Source of the DNA: Endomicrobiales bacterium
GTDB lineage: Bacteria > Elusimicrobiota > Endomicrobiia > Endomicrobiales > CAWCFT01
Direction: 5' to 3'
Assembly: GCA_963794945.1 (NCBI GenBank)
Contig: CAWCFT010000001.1
Span: 192,001 to 256,000, forward strand
Length of the DNA: 64,000 nt
Shown: one piece after another, positions 51,749 to 64,000 of the stretch
Position numbering within the stretch: the first letter of the stretch is position 1
How the letters are laid out: the number at the start of each line of letters is the position of its first letter
Notes under the pieces: generated by a model
What the model was told of the DNA's origin: nothing
The model's input: the letters and a program-made list of their open reading frames with translations, nothing else
Database searches by the model: none
Made by a program: the position numbers and the translations under genes

Positions 51749-52706
51749 TCATAACCCAATCTCGGAAATGATCTTACTTAATGCGTCTGCGGATTTTTTC
51801 AACGACTGTTCTTCTTTCTCGTTGAGACCTATCTTCATTACTTCCCGGATGCCTTTACTGTTTACAACAGCGGGAAGACTGAGATATATATCGTTTATGC
51901 CTAAATAGTCCTTTACAAGAGACGAAACGGGAAGAATGGCGTTCTCATCATGCAGTATCGCCTGTGTTATTCTAGCCGCCGCGAGTCCGATCCCGTAAGA
52001 GGTCTCGCCCTTCAATTCTATTATCTTGTATGCCGAATCCCTCACGTTAGTAAATATACTTTCCAGTATAGGCCCGTGCTCACAGCCGTTCCTGTTCTTG
52101 CACACTAGACAGTAGTCGCTAAACAGCACACCGCCTATCATAGCCCGGCTCCACACCGGAAACTCGCTGTCGCCGTGCTCGCCGAGTATGTAAGCGTGGA
52201 TGTTGTGCGGGTCTATCATGCAGTGATTTGCAAGCTCATGGCGGAACCTGGCGGAATCAAGCACGGTTCCGGAACCGATAACTTCGCTGGCTGGCTTACC
52301 GGATAATTTATAGGCGACATAGGTCAGAATATCAACAGGGTTAGAAACAACAAGAAGAATGGCCTCAGGCGCGTATTTAACTATGTTCTGGAATTATCTT
52401 CTTGAATATCGCCGCGTTATCCTTAACTAGATCAACCCTCGACTGCCCGGGTTTCTGTTTCGATCCGGCCGTGATAACAACTATATCAGAACCAGCGGTA
52501 TCGGCGTAACCGCCGGCGAATATTTCAACCGGTGAAACAAAAGGAGCGCCGTGAGCTAGGTCCATAGCTTCGCCCTCGGCTTTATTCGTGTCCCTGTCGA
52601 TCAACACTATCTGCCTGGCTAGCCCTCTTATCACAAGTGCATAGGCATAGCGCATTCCTACATTACCGCAGCCTATTATAGATATTTTAGGTTTTAGATT
52701 TTGCAT
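51749..52706 (-). CDS. ldh: L-lactate dehydrogenase (frameshift near 52387)
   Basis: IIGCGNVG, ITAG.KQKPGQSR, SNPVD, GTVLDSAR, GEHGDSE. Confidence 0.92.
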
Positions 52707-52770
52707 AAATGTCCTTGTATGCCTTTATTATTTTACGGTGGGATTGCAAACGGGATAGTCGCGGGTCAGG

Positions 52771-53962
52771 TCAGATAATGAATTTTCCCATCTCTTCTTT
52801 GAGCATGCCGGCTTTACCTTCCAGCGTTCTCGCCCCGGAAGCTATCTCTGTGATCGACGAAAGCTGTTCTTCTGAACCAGCGGTGATCTCTTCAGCCGAC
52901 GCGGCGGTTTCTTCTGATATCGCGGCTATCTGTTCTACTTCACGGTGTATGCCTTTTATGGCAGTTACTATATCCGAGTAACCGCTGCTTAATTTTTCTG
53001 TAAGGTTAACTACTAACCTTGCTTCTTTAAGTGAATTCTCGGAAGAATCAGAAACATTGGCTGTATCTGATTGTATTTCCTTGATGATATTAGTGATCTT
53101 ACCAACAGAAACCCCGGATGATTCGGCAAGTTTCCTTACCTCGTCTGCCACAACAGCGAAACCGCGCCCCGCCTCGCCTGCTCTAGCAGCCTCGATCGCG
53201 GCATTGAGTGCCAGCAGGTTTGTTCTGGTCGGCTATTTTAGAAATAAGGTTCAGTATCTCAGTTATTTCCAAAGATCTTGTATTGAGTTTTGAAACCGAA
53301 TGCCCCGTAATTTCCATGGTTTTCTGTACGGCGCTGAATTTCTCCATCACCTGAACTATGTTAGCAGTAGCTGAATCCGCTACTGAACTCGCGTTCTGCA
53401 CAAGGCTGGATATTCCTGAGGCGCTCTTTGCGATTTGATTCGTAGCCGACGCTATCTGCTGAATAGAATTCTGCACTTGCGTCATGGTTTCTCTAACCTG
53501 CTTTGTGTTGTCAGCCATCTGGCTGGCCGCGTCGCTTGTAGTTCCGGAAAGATTATTAACATTCCCTATGAGGCTTTTTAAATTATTCGCCATTTTAATA
53601 AATGCGTTCACAAGCAGGTCGTTCTCACTTCTGGCGGTAAGCTTTATCGATAGATTGCCCGATGCGATCTTGTCAGCTGTTTCAGAGAGGTTACGCATGC
53701 TGTTTATCAGATCGTTGGTTATCTTGCCCAGCTGGTCAAGCAGGTCATCACCTGTAACTTCATTGGCGTAGGTTTTAAGGTCTCCTAGGCTGATCTGTTT
53801 TAGAAGATTAAAATGTTCAGTGAGGGCCAACGCCATCATCATCGTGCTGTTGTGCAGTGAATCATTGGTTTCTTCTATAGCCTTTAATTTATCTTCTAGT
53901 TCTCTTACTTTTTTAGCAGATGAAAATATGTTCGTAATTTTTTCAAGGATTTGTTTTAGCAA
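52771..53962 (-). CDS. Soluble methyl-accepting chemotaxis protein with HAMP-like region (frameshift near 53224)
   Basis: [38 protein letters not shown] spans the break; no clear TM helix. Confidence 0.88.
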
Positions 53963-53989
53963 TTTTATTTCTCCTTGTAATATTAAGCA

Positions 53990-54214
53990 TCAAAACTGTA
54001 TTTGAGCGCGAAATTTACCGCCGCCTTCGTCACGGCAGAAAAGAAGTGTTTTTTTCGTGCGGTCGCACCACATCTGTACATCTTTCGAGAACGTTGTGCA
54101 ATCGGCAAGAACTTCCAGTACGTCTCCGGGTTTAAGCTGGGGGGCTGTTGAAGTGATCTTAAGAATAGGTTGAGGGCACTTGAGCCCGTTTGCGTTGAGC
54201 GTGACGGTTGCCAT
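53990..54214 (-). CDS. tusA: TusA-family sulfur carrier
   Basis: LNANGLKCPQP, GDVLEVLAD. Confidence 0.88.
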   Translation of the reverse strand: MATVTLNANGLKCPQPILKITSTAPQLKPGDVLEVLADCTTFSKDVQMWCDRTKKTLLFCRDEGGGKFRAQIQF

Positions 54215-54298
54215 TTTTATTGCCTCCTGTAAAAAGAAACCTACGCTAGAATAAGTCTATCAATTTATATATATTTTTGCAAATATTACAAGTTGCTT

Positions 54299-54784
54299 TT
54301 ACCCCAAAACAAACAGTTTTTCTTCTTTTATAATATCCCGCGCTATCCCGGGTATTTTTTCGATTATTTCGAGGCTTACCGTTTCTCCAAATTCCACCTG
54401 GTTTTTTATTTCAACACCGTAAACTGATATTTCCTTAGGCATTTTCTGCCCTGCAAGTTCGGCGAATTCTATCGCCTCGAAAAGCCCCATGCCGTGAGTA
54501 GACTGTAAATGAGACTTAAAATTCTCCTGCCGTTCCACGCGGAAGCATTCCCCCTGCTTGAATTTTCCGGTCGTTATGCTGTCAACTATAACGACTTTAT
54601 CGAATCCATTCAGCAGATCTATCAGCCTCCATCCGCCGTAAGACGTTTCGGCAACGCTGATCTTTGCGCCAGAACCGCTGCTTGAGAACACGCTGTGTAT
54701 TTCCCTCGCGACGAGTACTCCAGCCGCGTCATCGCAAAGCACGGTGTTTCCCATACCGAGTATTAGTATTTTTTTGTCCGTAAT
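54299..54784 (-). CDS. Hydrogenase maturation protease
   Basis: KKILILGMGNTVLCDDAAG, IVDS, STHG; the frame begins at an ATT overlapping the mvhA stop. Confidence 0.88.
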   Translation of the reverse strand: MTDKKILILGMGNTVLCDDAAGVLVAREIHSVFSSSGSGAKISVAETSYGGWRLIDLLNGFDKVVIVDSITTGKFKQGECFRVERQENFKSHLQSTHGMGLFEAIEFAELAGQKMPKEISVYGVEIKNQVEFGETVSLEIIEKIPGIARDIIKEEKLFVLG

Positions 54785-56247
54785 TAATCCCTTCGTATAG
54801 TCCGCACGACCTCACCCTGCCGGGTCTTTACGCTCACTATAAGCGGCGTGCTGCCCGCAAGCGAGTGTGTCGCGCAGGACATACATGGGTCGTAAGCGCG
54901 AAAAGCCATTTCTACCATATTGAGAAGCCCGTTCGTTACTTTTCCGGCTTTTATAAACGCACCAGCCGCTTTCGCTATGGAAATATTCATTGCGGGGTTA
55001 TTGAAAACCGTCGCGACTATAAGGTTCGCCTTCTTTACTATACCGTTATTGTCAGTCTTGTAATGATGTATAAGAGTGCCTCTGGGGGCTTCGACTATCC
55101 CTACACCTTCTTCGGGAGTCTTATCAGGTATAACGCTCACCTTGTCAGAGGTTATCTCGGGGTCTAATGAAAGTTCCAGAAGGCGTTCGGACGCGTAAAG
55201 CAGCTCCACAAGCCTAGCCCAGTGGAACCCCAAGGTGTTATGTACCGGCTTTACGCCGAACGTTGAATACATTTTTTCGTACTCGGCCTGAGCGAGCGGC
55301 GTCGCCATGCCGTCCGCGGCATTAAGCCTCGCAAGCGGCGCGACCCTGACGTGGCTGCGCGAATTTTTCGGAGACAGCCCCTGCCATCCGTTTTTCTTGA
55401 GGTAAGGGAACTTCATGTAGCTCCAGGGTTCCACGTGTTCGGCGATATGGTTGAGGTAGTCTTTGGCCTGGAATTTTGCCGTTTCCTTGCCTTCCCAGTC
55501 AACCACCCGCAAATCACCGTCATAAAAATTAACTTTATTGTTGCTATCTACTGTTCCCATATAGCTGGTTTCGATAAAGTATTTATCTTTTGCCAGGATG
55601 AGTTCAAGATAGCTTTTGTTTTTAAGCACCAGGTCATCGAAAAGTTTGAGCGAAAATTTCGCGAACTCAACGCAGGACCGGGCCTTGTTCTCTATCTGTT
55701 TTCTCTCGTCCTCGTTTATTGACTTTGAGCACCCGCCGGGCAGTGCGCACACCGGGTATATCGCCCTTCCTCCGATCATGGCCTGTATATCTTGTGCATA
55801 GGCTCTGTGCTTGATAACCTCTTTGCCTATATCAAGACCGACTTTTGCAACGACTCCGAGTATATTCCGCTCCGAAGCCGGCGCGTCGGGCCCCATAACA
55901 AAATCTGGAGCTGCAAGCGCGTAAAAGTGGGCTATGTGCGAATGTATGATATGCGCATTGTAAAAGAGTTCCCTGAGTTTTTTTGCAGCCGGCGGAAGTA
56001 CAGCCTTGTATACTGCGTCCGCAGCCTTTGCCGAAGCGAGATGGTGCGCTTCCGGGCAAACGCCGCAGATCTTAGCCGTTATGCGTGGCAGCTCTTCGAC
56101 AGGCCTGCCCTCGCAGAATTTTTCGAAGCCGCGCAGTTCGGGTATCTGAAGATAGGCGTTCTGAACGTCGCCCGCGTCGTTGAGGAATATCTCGATCTTG
56201 CCGTGACCCTCCAGCCTGGTTATAGGGTCTATAGTTATTCGTTTCAT
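54784..56247 (-). CDS. mvhA: [NiFe] hydrogenase large subunit, group 3c-like
   Basis: TRLEGHG, ICGVC, EAPRG, DPCMSCATH with cleavable tail; neighbours mvhG, mvhD, hdrA. Confidence 0.92.
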   Translation of the reverse strand: MKRITIDPITRLEGHGKIEIFLNDAGDVQNAYLQIPELRGFEKFCEGRPVEELPRITAKICGVCPEAHHLASAKAADAVYKAVLPPAAKKLRELFYNAHIIHSHIAHFYALAAPDFVMGPDAPASERNILGVVAKVGLDIGKEVIKHRAYAQDIQAMIGGRAIYPVCALPGGCSKSINEDERKQIENKARSCVEFAKFSLKLFDDLVLKNKSYLELILAKDKYFIETSYMGTVDSNNKVNFYDGDLRVVDWEGKETAKFQAKDYLNHIAEHVEPWSYMKFPYLKKNGWQGLSPKNSRSHVRVAPLARLNAADGMATPLAQAEYEKMYSTFGVKPVHNTLGFHWARLVELLYASERLLELSLDPEITSDKVSVIPDKTPEEGVGIVEAPRGTLIHHYKTDNNGIVKKANLIVATVFNNPAMNISIAKAAGAFIKAGKVTNGLLNMVEMAFRAYDPCMSCATHSLAGSTPLIVSVKTRQGEVVRTIRRD

Positions 56248-57216
56248 TATTTGTCTTCCTTTGGTTTCGGGCTCATGAGGGATTTTCCAACGCTAAACTG
56301 GTAAAATGTTCCCGCCGGATCTTGTATGTCTCGAGATTATCTTCTCTATCTCGGCCTCATCGTTAGAATCTATCAGGGAGGCGGCCGCGCTTATCATCTT
56401 CGCTCCCTGGTCCCGCACGCCTGGAGGCGCGCCGTAACAACCTCGGCATGGGATATTAACTTCTATGCACTTTGCACGACACCCCGCCCTGGTAGCCGGG
56501 CCCTGACATATAACGCCCTGCTCCAGAAGACAATTTATCTTATCCGGAACGATCTCGTGCGGCCTGTAGAATTTCTTTATGCTTTTTTCGTTCTTCCTTA
56601 TCCTGGGGCACTCTTCACAAAGTATCTTTTCTTCGCCTATTACGGTTCCCACCGGAGGAAGTTCATCTTTAATTACCGCCATAACGGCTTTCTCGACCCA
56701 CTCGGAGGTAGGCGGACAACCGGGAAGATAATAATCTATTTTTATGATCTCGTCCAGCGGATAAACTTTGTTGAAAAGGCGAGGCAGCCCGATCATTCCT
56801 TCTGGCATTTCAGTTTCCGGTTCTGGCCGGACATTTCCTGGGTTAACAGTGGACTCGGTCGTTTCGTAAACCCGTTTCTTCAGGCTTTCCAGAGTGAACA
56901 TATTAGCGAGCCCAGGCACACCTCCGGTGCACGCACAGGCGCCGAAGGATACGACAACTTTTGATTTTGCCCTCAAAAGCTTCGCTATGTGTTCGGCTTC
57001 CGAGTTTCTTATGCCGCCATTGAAAAAGCAGGCGTCTATAGTGCCGTCGGCTAAAGCCTCTATGTCCTTATACTTGCCGTCGAGTACAAGCGGCCAGAGG
57101 AGTATATCTGCTGCTGCCGCTATATCAAGTATCTTCTCGTTCGTGTCGAGTACTGTCATCTCGCAGCCGCCGCAGGAGGCTCCCCAGTAAAACGCGAATT
57201 TTAGTTTATCTGCCAT
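56247..57216 (-). CDS. mvhG: [NiFe] hydrogenase small subunit (frameshift near 56332)
   Basis: SCGGC, FGACA, PGCPP, CQGPAT, PCRGC; the conserved DPAGTFYQFS tail continues in another frame to a TAA overlapping the mvhA ATG. Confidence 0.9.
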
Positions 57217-57631
57217 TATCAGATCCCTCTATTTTTACTGGCCCGAGTTTTCTGAGCCCTTCAACGAAATCAGTGGTAACTTTTGAGAATTTTTCCCCTT
57301 CGCTCGCAGAGACCCAGTCCAGTTTAAAACGTTCTTTTTCTATTCCGAACTGCGCGAGAAGTTTTTCGAACAACTTCATTCTGCGAAGAGCTTTATAGTT
57401 GCCTTCCTTATAGTGACAGTCGCCTGGATGACAGCCAAGGACCATTACTCCGTCAGCGCCTTCCCTGAAAGCCTTGAGCACGGACTGCGGGTCCACACGT
57501 CCGGAACACATAACTTTTACAACTGTGAGATTGGCAGGTACGTCTAGGTGCCTGCCTCCCGCAGAATCGGCTCCAGCGTAGCTGCACCAGTTACACAAGA
57601 AACTTATTACTTTAGGTTCAAAATCAGTCAT
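57206..57631 (-). CDS. mvhD: Hydrogenase iron-sulfur subunit delta
   Basis: FLCNWCSYAGAD, MCSGRVD, GCHPGDCHY, WVSASEG. Confidence 0.95.
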   Translation of the reverse strand: MTDFEPKVISFLCNWCSYAGADSAGGRHLDVPANLTVVKVMCSGRVDPQSVLKAFREGADGVMVLGCHPGDCHYKEGNYKALRRMKLFEKLLAQFGIEKERFKLDWVSASEGEKFSKVTTDFVEGLRKLGPVKIEGSDNGR

Positions 57632-59565
57632 TGAGAAGCCCCTCGATCTCGGCAAATATCTCTTCTTCGGTGAAATTCTTGTTTGATATCGCGCCCGCCG
57701 GACACGCCGCTACGCAGACCCCGCATCCCTTGCAGAGTATTTCGTTTATCGATGATGTTTTCTTGGCTTCGTCAAAAGATATCGCCTGGAACGGGCAAAG
57801 AGCAACACACGTTCTGCATGCCCCGCAGAGGTTTTCGTTCACTTTTGACGTCTCGGCCTCCAGCTCCATTTTCTCACCCGGCACTACTTTACTTAGGGCG
57901 TTGCCTGCCGCCGCTTGCGCCTGGAGGACCGACTGCGGTATATCTTTTGGCCCGGCGGCGCATCCGGCAATGTAGATGCCTTCGGTCAGGGTCTTTGCCG
58001 GCGCCATTCTATCGTGCTCTGCGATGAAGAAACCATTCGGGTCCCGCTTTATGCCCAGCACATTGGCCAGTTTAGCCGCGTCTTCTCCGGGAACTATAGC
58101 CGGGCAGAGTACCACCATCTCGGCGGAAAAAGCCCCACCAGCATGGACCATATAAACCCTGCCATTTCGCTCTTTAACGAGAAGCTCGTTGGGGTTCTTA
58201 ACCCTTATAACCTCTACGCTTTCTTGCATGACCTTGTCATGGAACTCCTGGTAGCCCTTGCCGCCCAGACACCAATCGGAAACTATGCTTGTCAGCTTTA
58301 CACCCATCCCAAGCTGCTTGCGAGCCAGGTATTCGAATTTTAAAGTATAGGCACAACAGAACACCACTGCAGTATTCTTTGTAGTTTTTGTCCCTGCTGC
58401 CGGCACAGTGCACAAAGATGATCGAGTCAGGAGCCTTCCCTTTTTTGGTAAGTATTTTTCCCTCTGTAGGGCCGCTTGAGCTTATCATCCTTTCGAACTG
58501 CTGGCTATCATAAATTTCGGTCGAATCGGCTGGGCATATCTTAAGTTTTGAAATATCGTATAGACCCGACCCGGTCGCGACAACTATCGCTCCCGCTTCA
58601 ACTCTCAACTGCTCGTCCTTTTGATCGTAGTCGACGGCATCAAACGGACACGCTTCCTTGCACTTGGTGCACTGTTCGCCCTTGAACCTCAGGCAATTAT
58701 CGCGATCGATCACCGGCACGTTCGGCAGCCGGCCCGCGTAAGCCGTATATACCGCATGCCTTTCTGATAGGCCCGCGTTGTGTTCATTCTTGACCTTTAT
58801 AGGGCATGCATCGTAACAGGCCCCGCAGCCAATGCATTTTTCAGAATCTATTAGTCTTGCTTTTTTTGATATCTGAACTTCAAAGTTCCCAAAAAACCCT
58901 TTGACGTTTTCAACTTCGCTGTTGGAAAAAAGTGTTATGTTCTCATGATGGAGCACCTCGTCCATCTTGGGTTCGAGCATGCAGGGAGCGCACTCGAGGT
59001 TAGGAAAAACGTCTTCATAGGAAACCACTTTCCCGCCTATCCAGGGAGACTTCTCAACAAGATAGACCCTACGGTTCTTCTGGGCTAGAAGAAGAGCCGC
59101 GGCCATGCCCGCGACGCCGGCGCCGATAACCGCAAAGTCTTTTTTGCATTCTATTTCGTTCTTGTTAAGCGGCTGCTGGAGTTTAACTCTTTTAATTGCG
59201 GCTGCAAGCTGGTAGAGGGCTTTCTTTGTGGCGAGATTTTTATCTTTAGTGACCCAGGCTATCTGTTCGCGGATGTTTGCTATTGAGAGAAGGTAGGGGT
59301 TTAGTCCGGAGGACTCAAGCACTTTTCGGAAAGTCTGCTCGTGCTGTTTTGGCGAGCACGCCGCTATAACAACACGAGTGATATTATTTTCTTTAATGGA
59401 TTTTTCAAGTTCTTTGCGTCCATCTTCCGAGCACCAGAGCTTGTGGATTTTTACTTCCACAATATCCGGGGTTTTCTGCGCGAGTTCTGAAAGCTTTGCG
59501 GTATCGACAACTTCCGATATGTTAGTGCCGCAGTCGCATATAAATACCCCAACCTTTTCAGCCAT
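57624..59565 (-). CDS. hdrA: Heterodisulfide reductase subunit A (frameshift near 58360)
   Basis: GVFICDCGTNI, ACSP, NIREQ, IGAGVAG, ferredoxin motifs, CAGSRD, GIYIAGC.GPKDIP. Confidence 0.92.
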
Positions 59566-59594
59566 TAGGCCTCCAGTAGCAACTAACCTGATGT

Positions 59595-59825
59595 TTATCT
59601 TATTCCAGAGATATTATCATCAGGCTTTTCAGGGATGATCACCCATCCCACCACATACGTAACGATTACCGGCACTAAGGCGGTAGCAAGACATAAAAAA
59701 ACAAGCATCAGCCTGATAAGCGTCGGATCGATATTCACAATCTCTCCGATACCACCGCAGATGCCTGCTATCTTTCTATCCGCCCGTGAGCGGTATATCT
59801 TCTTCACGCCTATAGTATACAACAT
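59595..59825 (-). CDS. pspC: PspC domain protein
   Basis: YRSRADRKIAGICGGIGE..NIDPTLIR, Y...W.IIP. Confidence 0.9.
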   Translation of the reverse strand: MLYTIGVKKIYRSRADRKIAGICGGIGEIVNIDPTLIRLMLVFLCLATALVPVIVTYVVGWVIIPEKPDDNISGIR

Positions 59826-59927
59826 TTTCGAAATTAATCAAATATATTTTAATAATTATATTACATGAAAAACCAATTCGTTTCCAACTTGGCAGATGCT
59901 GAGGCTTTACAGTTCTTTAAAACAAAC

Positions 59928-59984
59928 TTGTTTGCCAACCCACCCCGTTTCCGCAGCCGGAATAAGTGGTGGGTTGGCAAACAA
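59928..59984. repeat. 17-bp perfect inverted repeat
   Basis: ttgtttgccaacccacc (59928-59944) / ggtgggttggcaaacaa (59968-59984). Confidence 0.85.
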
Positions 59985-60011
59985 AAAACCCCCGACTAAT
60001 AATCAGGGGCT
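59983..60011 (-). terminator. Intrinsic terminator after csp gene
   Basis: Minus strand gcccctgattattagtcgggggtttttt. Confidence 0.75.
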
Positions 60012-60039
60012 CTTGTTAATTTCAACGACTATAAAGAAG

Positions 60040-60246
60040 TTACTTTACTTTCCTTATGTTGGCTGCTTTAGGTCCTTTGTCTGAATCGGTTACGTCGAAC
60101 TCGACGGCCTCACCTTCAGCCAAAGTTTTGAAGCCTTCCGACTGTATCGCTGAAAAATGAGCGAAAACGTCACCGCTGCCGTCATCCTTCGAGATAAAGC
60201 CATAGCCTTTCTGGTCATTGAACCATTTAACTTTGCCTGTTACCAT
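60040..60246 (-). CDS. cspA: Cold-shock protein
   Basis: [29 protein letters not shown]. Confidence 0.96.
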   Translation of the reverse strand: MVTGKVKWFNDQKGYGFISKDDGSGDVFAHFSAIQSEGFKTLAEGEAVEFDVTDSDKGPKAANIRKVK

Positions 60247-60337
60247 TACTTACTTCACCCGCCTTTTTTCTTCCGGCATTACTCTGTGTATTTGCCGGCA
60301 TGTCTTTCCCGCTCATAAAACCTACGAGCGGATTTTT

Positions 60338-60366
60338 AGTATACGTAATATGAACGCATTTGTCAA
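60338..60366 (-). promoter_or_regulatory. sigma70 promoter of csp gene
   Basis: TTGACA-17-TATACT. Confidence 0.8.
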
Positions 60367-60369
60367 GCA

Positions 60370-61749
<1,380 letters not shown>

Positions 61750-61765
<16 letters not shown>

Positions 61766-62592
61766 ATGCAATCCGCCTTATGTTTTTCCAGTGATGCCTT
61801 TTCTTCCTGTTTGAATAAATTGAGCCTGGCCATCAGTTCGTCCCAGTTGATCTGGTGAGCGTCAAATTCAGGGCCATCTACGCAGGCAAAGCGTGTCTTG
61901 CCGCCTATACTTACTCTGCACGCGCCGCACATTCCAGTTCCATCAACCATTATTGGGTTAAGCGAAACGACAGTTTTGATGCTATATTTTGCCGTAAGCG
62001 CCGCAACAGCCTTCATCATCGGCACCGGGCCTATGGCATATACCGCGTCTATATGGACCTGCCTGGAGATCAGCTCAGCCAGCGCGTCGGTCACGAACCC
62101 TTTTTTGCCATAAGAACCGTCATCGGTCATTACTATTACGTCATCACAAGCATTTTTCAATTCTTCTTCCAGAATAATAAGTTCTTTGCTCCTGGCGCCT
62201 ATAATACCCAGGACTTTGTTGCCGGCTTCTTTGAAACCTTTAGCTACCGGGATTATCTCCGCGGCCCCCACTCCGCCTGCGATCATGCATACTGTACCCA
62301 GCTTTTCAATTCTGGTCGGGTGGCCAAGGGGCCCAACCATATCGAGTATGCTTTCCCCGGCATTTAGCAGTGAGAGCGCCGATGTAGTCTTGCCTATTTC
62401 CTGGGCAATTATGGTGATTGTTCCGGAGCCAGCATCGAAATCAGCGACTGTAAGCGGTATCCTTTCGCCTTTTTCGTCGATCCTCAGGATAACGAACTGT
62501 CCTGGTTTGGCATTATTTGCAATTCTCGGAGCATTGACTACAAACCTTGTTATTCCCTTCGCAAGCTGATCTTTAGAGATTATCTTATACAT
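61750..62592 (-). CDS. nfnA: NfnA/SudB small subunit of electron-bifurcating transhydrogenase
   Basis: PGQFV, ERIPLT, GPLG, GPVPMM, MVDGTGMCGACR, CVDGPEF. Confidence 0.92.
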
Positions 62593-62629
62593 TGCGTTTC
62601 CTAGTATATATTATTTATTCGTGCCGGAA

Positions 62630-62724
62630 ATTATATCCCATAAAAGCATTTTTGTCAAGAATCCTTATCGATAAAACGGCAAGTAAATAAAATATTTGAA
62701 AAATGGCGATTAGTTTTGTATAAT
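62630..62724. promoter_or_regulatory. Divergent sigma70 promoters (nfnAB and tRNA)
   Basis: Minus: TTGACA 62658-62653, 17 nt, TATAAT 62635-62630. Plus: TTGAAA 62696, 17 nt, TATAAT 62719. Confidence 0.8.
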
Positions 62725-62769
62725 ACTGCTTCGGCAACAATTCCAAATACAGAAAGAGTCTTAAAAAAA

Positions 62770-62843
62770 GGGCCCGTAGCTCAGTTGGTTAGAGCAGTCG
62801 ACTCATAATCGACGGGTCGTAGGTTCAAGTCCTACCGGGCCCA
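62770..62843 (+). tRNA. tRNA with CAT anticodon, probably Ile2 (lysidine)
   Basis: GGGCCCGTAGCTCAGTTGGTTAGAGCA-GTCGA-CTCATAA-TCGAC...; paired 1:72 and no GGG:CCC anticodon stem, so not an initiator tRNA. Confidence 0.9.
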
Positions 62844-62966
62844 ATCTTCCTACCTGAAATAAAAAATCAAATCCTACTACTGATTATGCCGTGCCCTGTT
62901 TTTTATTTGATTGTCTAAAAAGGCGGGAAAGCTATTTTTTTGAAGTATGTTGTTGGCGCCGTTTCG

Positions 62967-64000
62967 CTATTTTGCCCAAAGCTCGTTTTTGTAAAGATAA
63001 TAGACTTTTCTCGGCTGGCGAACGAACGGCTACCTGTTCCGTCACCCTGTCCGCACATTCCCATCCATTCGTCCTGGAATGAACCATCGTTAGTCTGGCC
63101 GGGCCAAGCCCCAATATCGGTGTCGTGAACGTTCTGGAGCCCCGCAGAGCCACCACTTATCCAGCCAGCAAAATATCACCCCGCCCAGAGAGTTGCCAGC
63201 TCCAGGGCCGCCAAACGAATTTTTTTCAATATCTTTCCAGGCCCTCTTGTGGTAAAGCGCCTGAAAATCTTCATCCTCTTCCCTCTTTTTGAGGTTATAG
63301 GCGTCGCAACCGTATTCTGTGATCAGTACCGGCCTGTCAAAATAATATTTGATCCTGTTCCACAGGGTCCCGAACCCGAAAGGCCCGGCATAAGAGTTCA
63401 TTCCTATAATATCTATTTCCTGCGCGAATTTTTTGTAGTAGGGTATCATCTTCATTGACCCGTTACACACTGCTACCGGATGGTCCTTATCTATAGACTT
63501 TATCATCCTGCAGGCTTCTCCGATAAAAGAAGCGTAGGCTTCGGGATTTACACTGGCGTTAGTATTGTTGTAAGTTGAATTTTCGTAGTTGCCTATTACA
63601 TCGTTCTCGTTGCCCAGCATCCACATAAGCACGTAAGGTTCATCTTTAAAATCATTCACCATTTTTTTAAGCTCTTCGAACATATGTTTCCTCTGTTTCC
63701 TGTCTGCATAATTTGTGCCGGCCTTCCATTCCGCTCCGCTTCCGACGGCATAAGCCCCGATGAAATTTCCCATTATGACATATATTCCGTAATTCCTGTA
63801 TAGGTCCCTGAGCAATTGTTTGTTAACACCGGTCGGATGGTATATCCTGATGACATTGCAGCCCATCTCGTTTAATAGTTTAAAATCTCCCACGACTTTT
63901 TCATCTGGATCGCGGATGTTGTTCTTATTTGCATCTATGAACGAATCGTACGGCCCATCGATCTTTCCATTGTGGTTTATATCGCTTTCCATCCATTCAT
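62967..64000 (-). CDS. GH2-like TIM-barrel glycoside hydrolase (5' truncated; frameshifts near 63133 and 63027)
   Basis: MGCNVIRIY, WMLGNEN, LITEYGCD; the tail DEWMGMCGQGDG and YYLYKNELWAK* continue in other frames. Confidence 0.8.

Overview
Bacterial genomic window, mostly on the minus strand. An anaerobic, diderm Elusimicrobiota/Omnitrophota-like source is inferred from the giant-protein style and gene content. (1) 1-7.0 kb: a sulfur amino-acid operon (HPr-like, metY, cysK, DUF2292/YezD, porin, metQNI) behind a perfect sigma70 promoter with a palindromic operator. Its HPr and YezD proteins both end in a CysE-like CysK-docking tail (GxGI). It also has two Met/Cys-containing leader ORFs and a terminator/alternative-hairpin element. 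(2) 7-15.7 kb: a TPR-CHAT protease, membrane and secreted proteins, a YHS lipoprotein and tRNA-Arg. (3) 15.8-39.7 kb: a giant multi-domain envelope protein of 6744 aa, probably about 7970 aa once joined to the downstream GH77-like/glycogen-debranching ORF, with two large internal duplications. (4) 40-43 kb: phosphorus-free lipid genes (olsB/olsA-like, GT21). These and the giant gene share the same Pho-box-like promoter architecture. (5) 43-54 kb: an ECF sigma/anti-sigma/cusBA metal module, ldh, an MCP and tusA. (6) 54-64 kb: hdrA-mvhDGA hydrogenase, pspC, csp, nfnAB, tRNA(CAT) and a GH2-like hydrolase. About 14 single-base frameshifts interrupt conserved genes. Many map to one motif (CAGAC), which points to modification-driven sequencing errors rather than pseudogenes.
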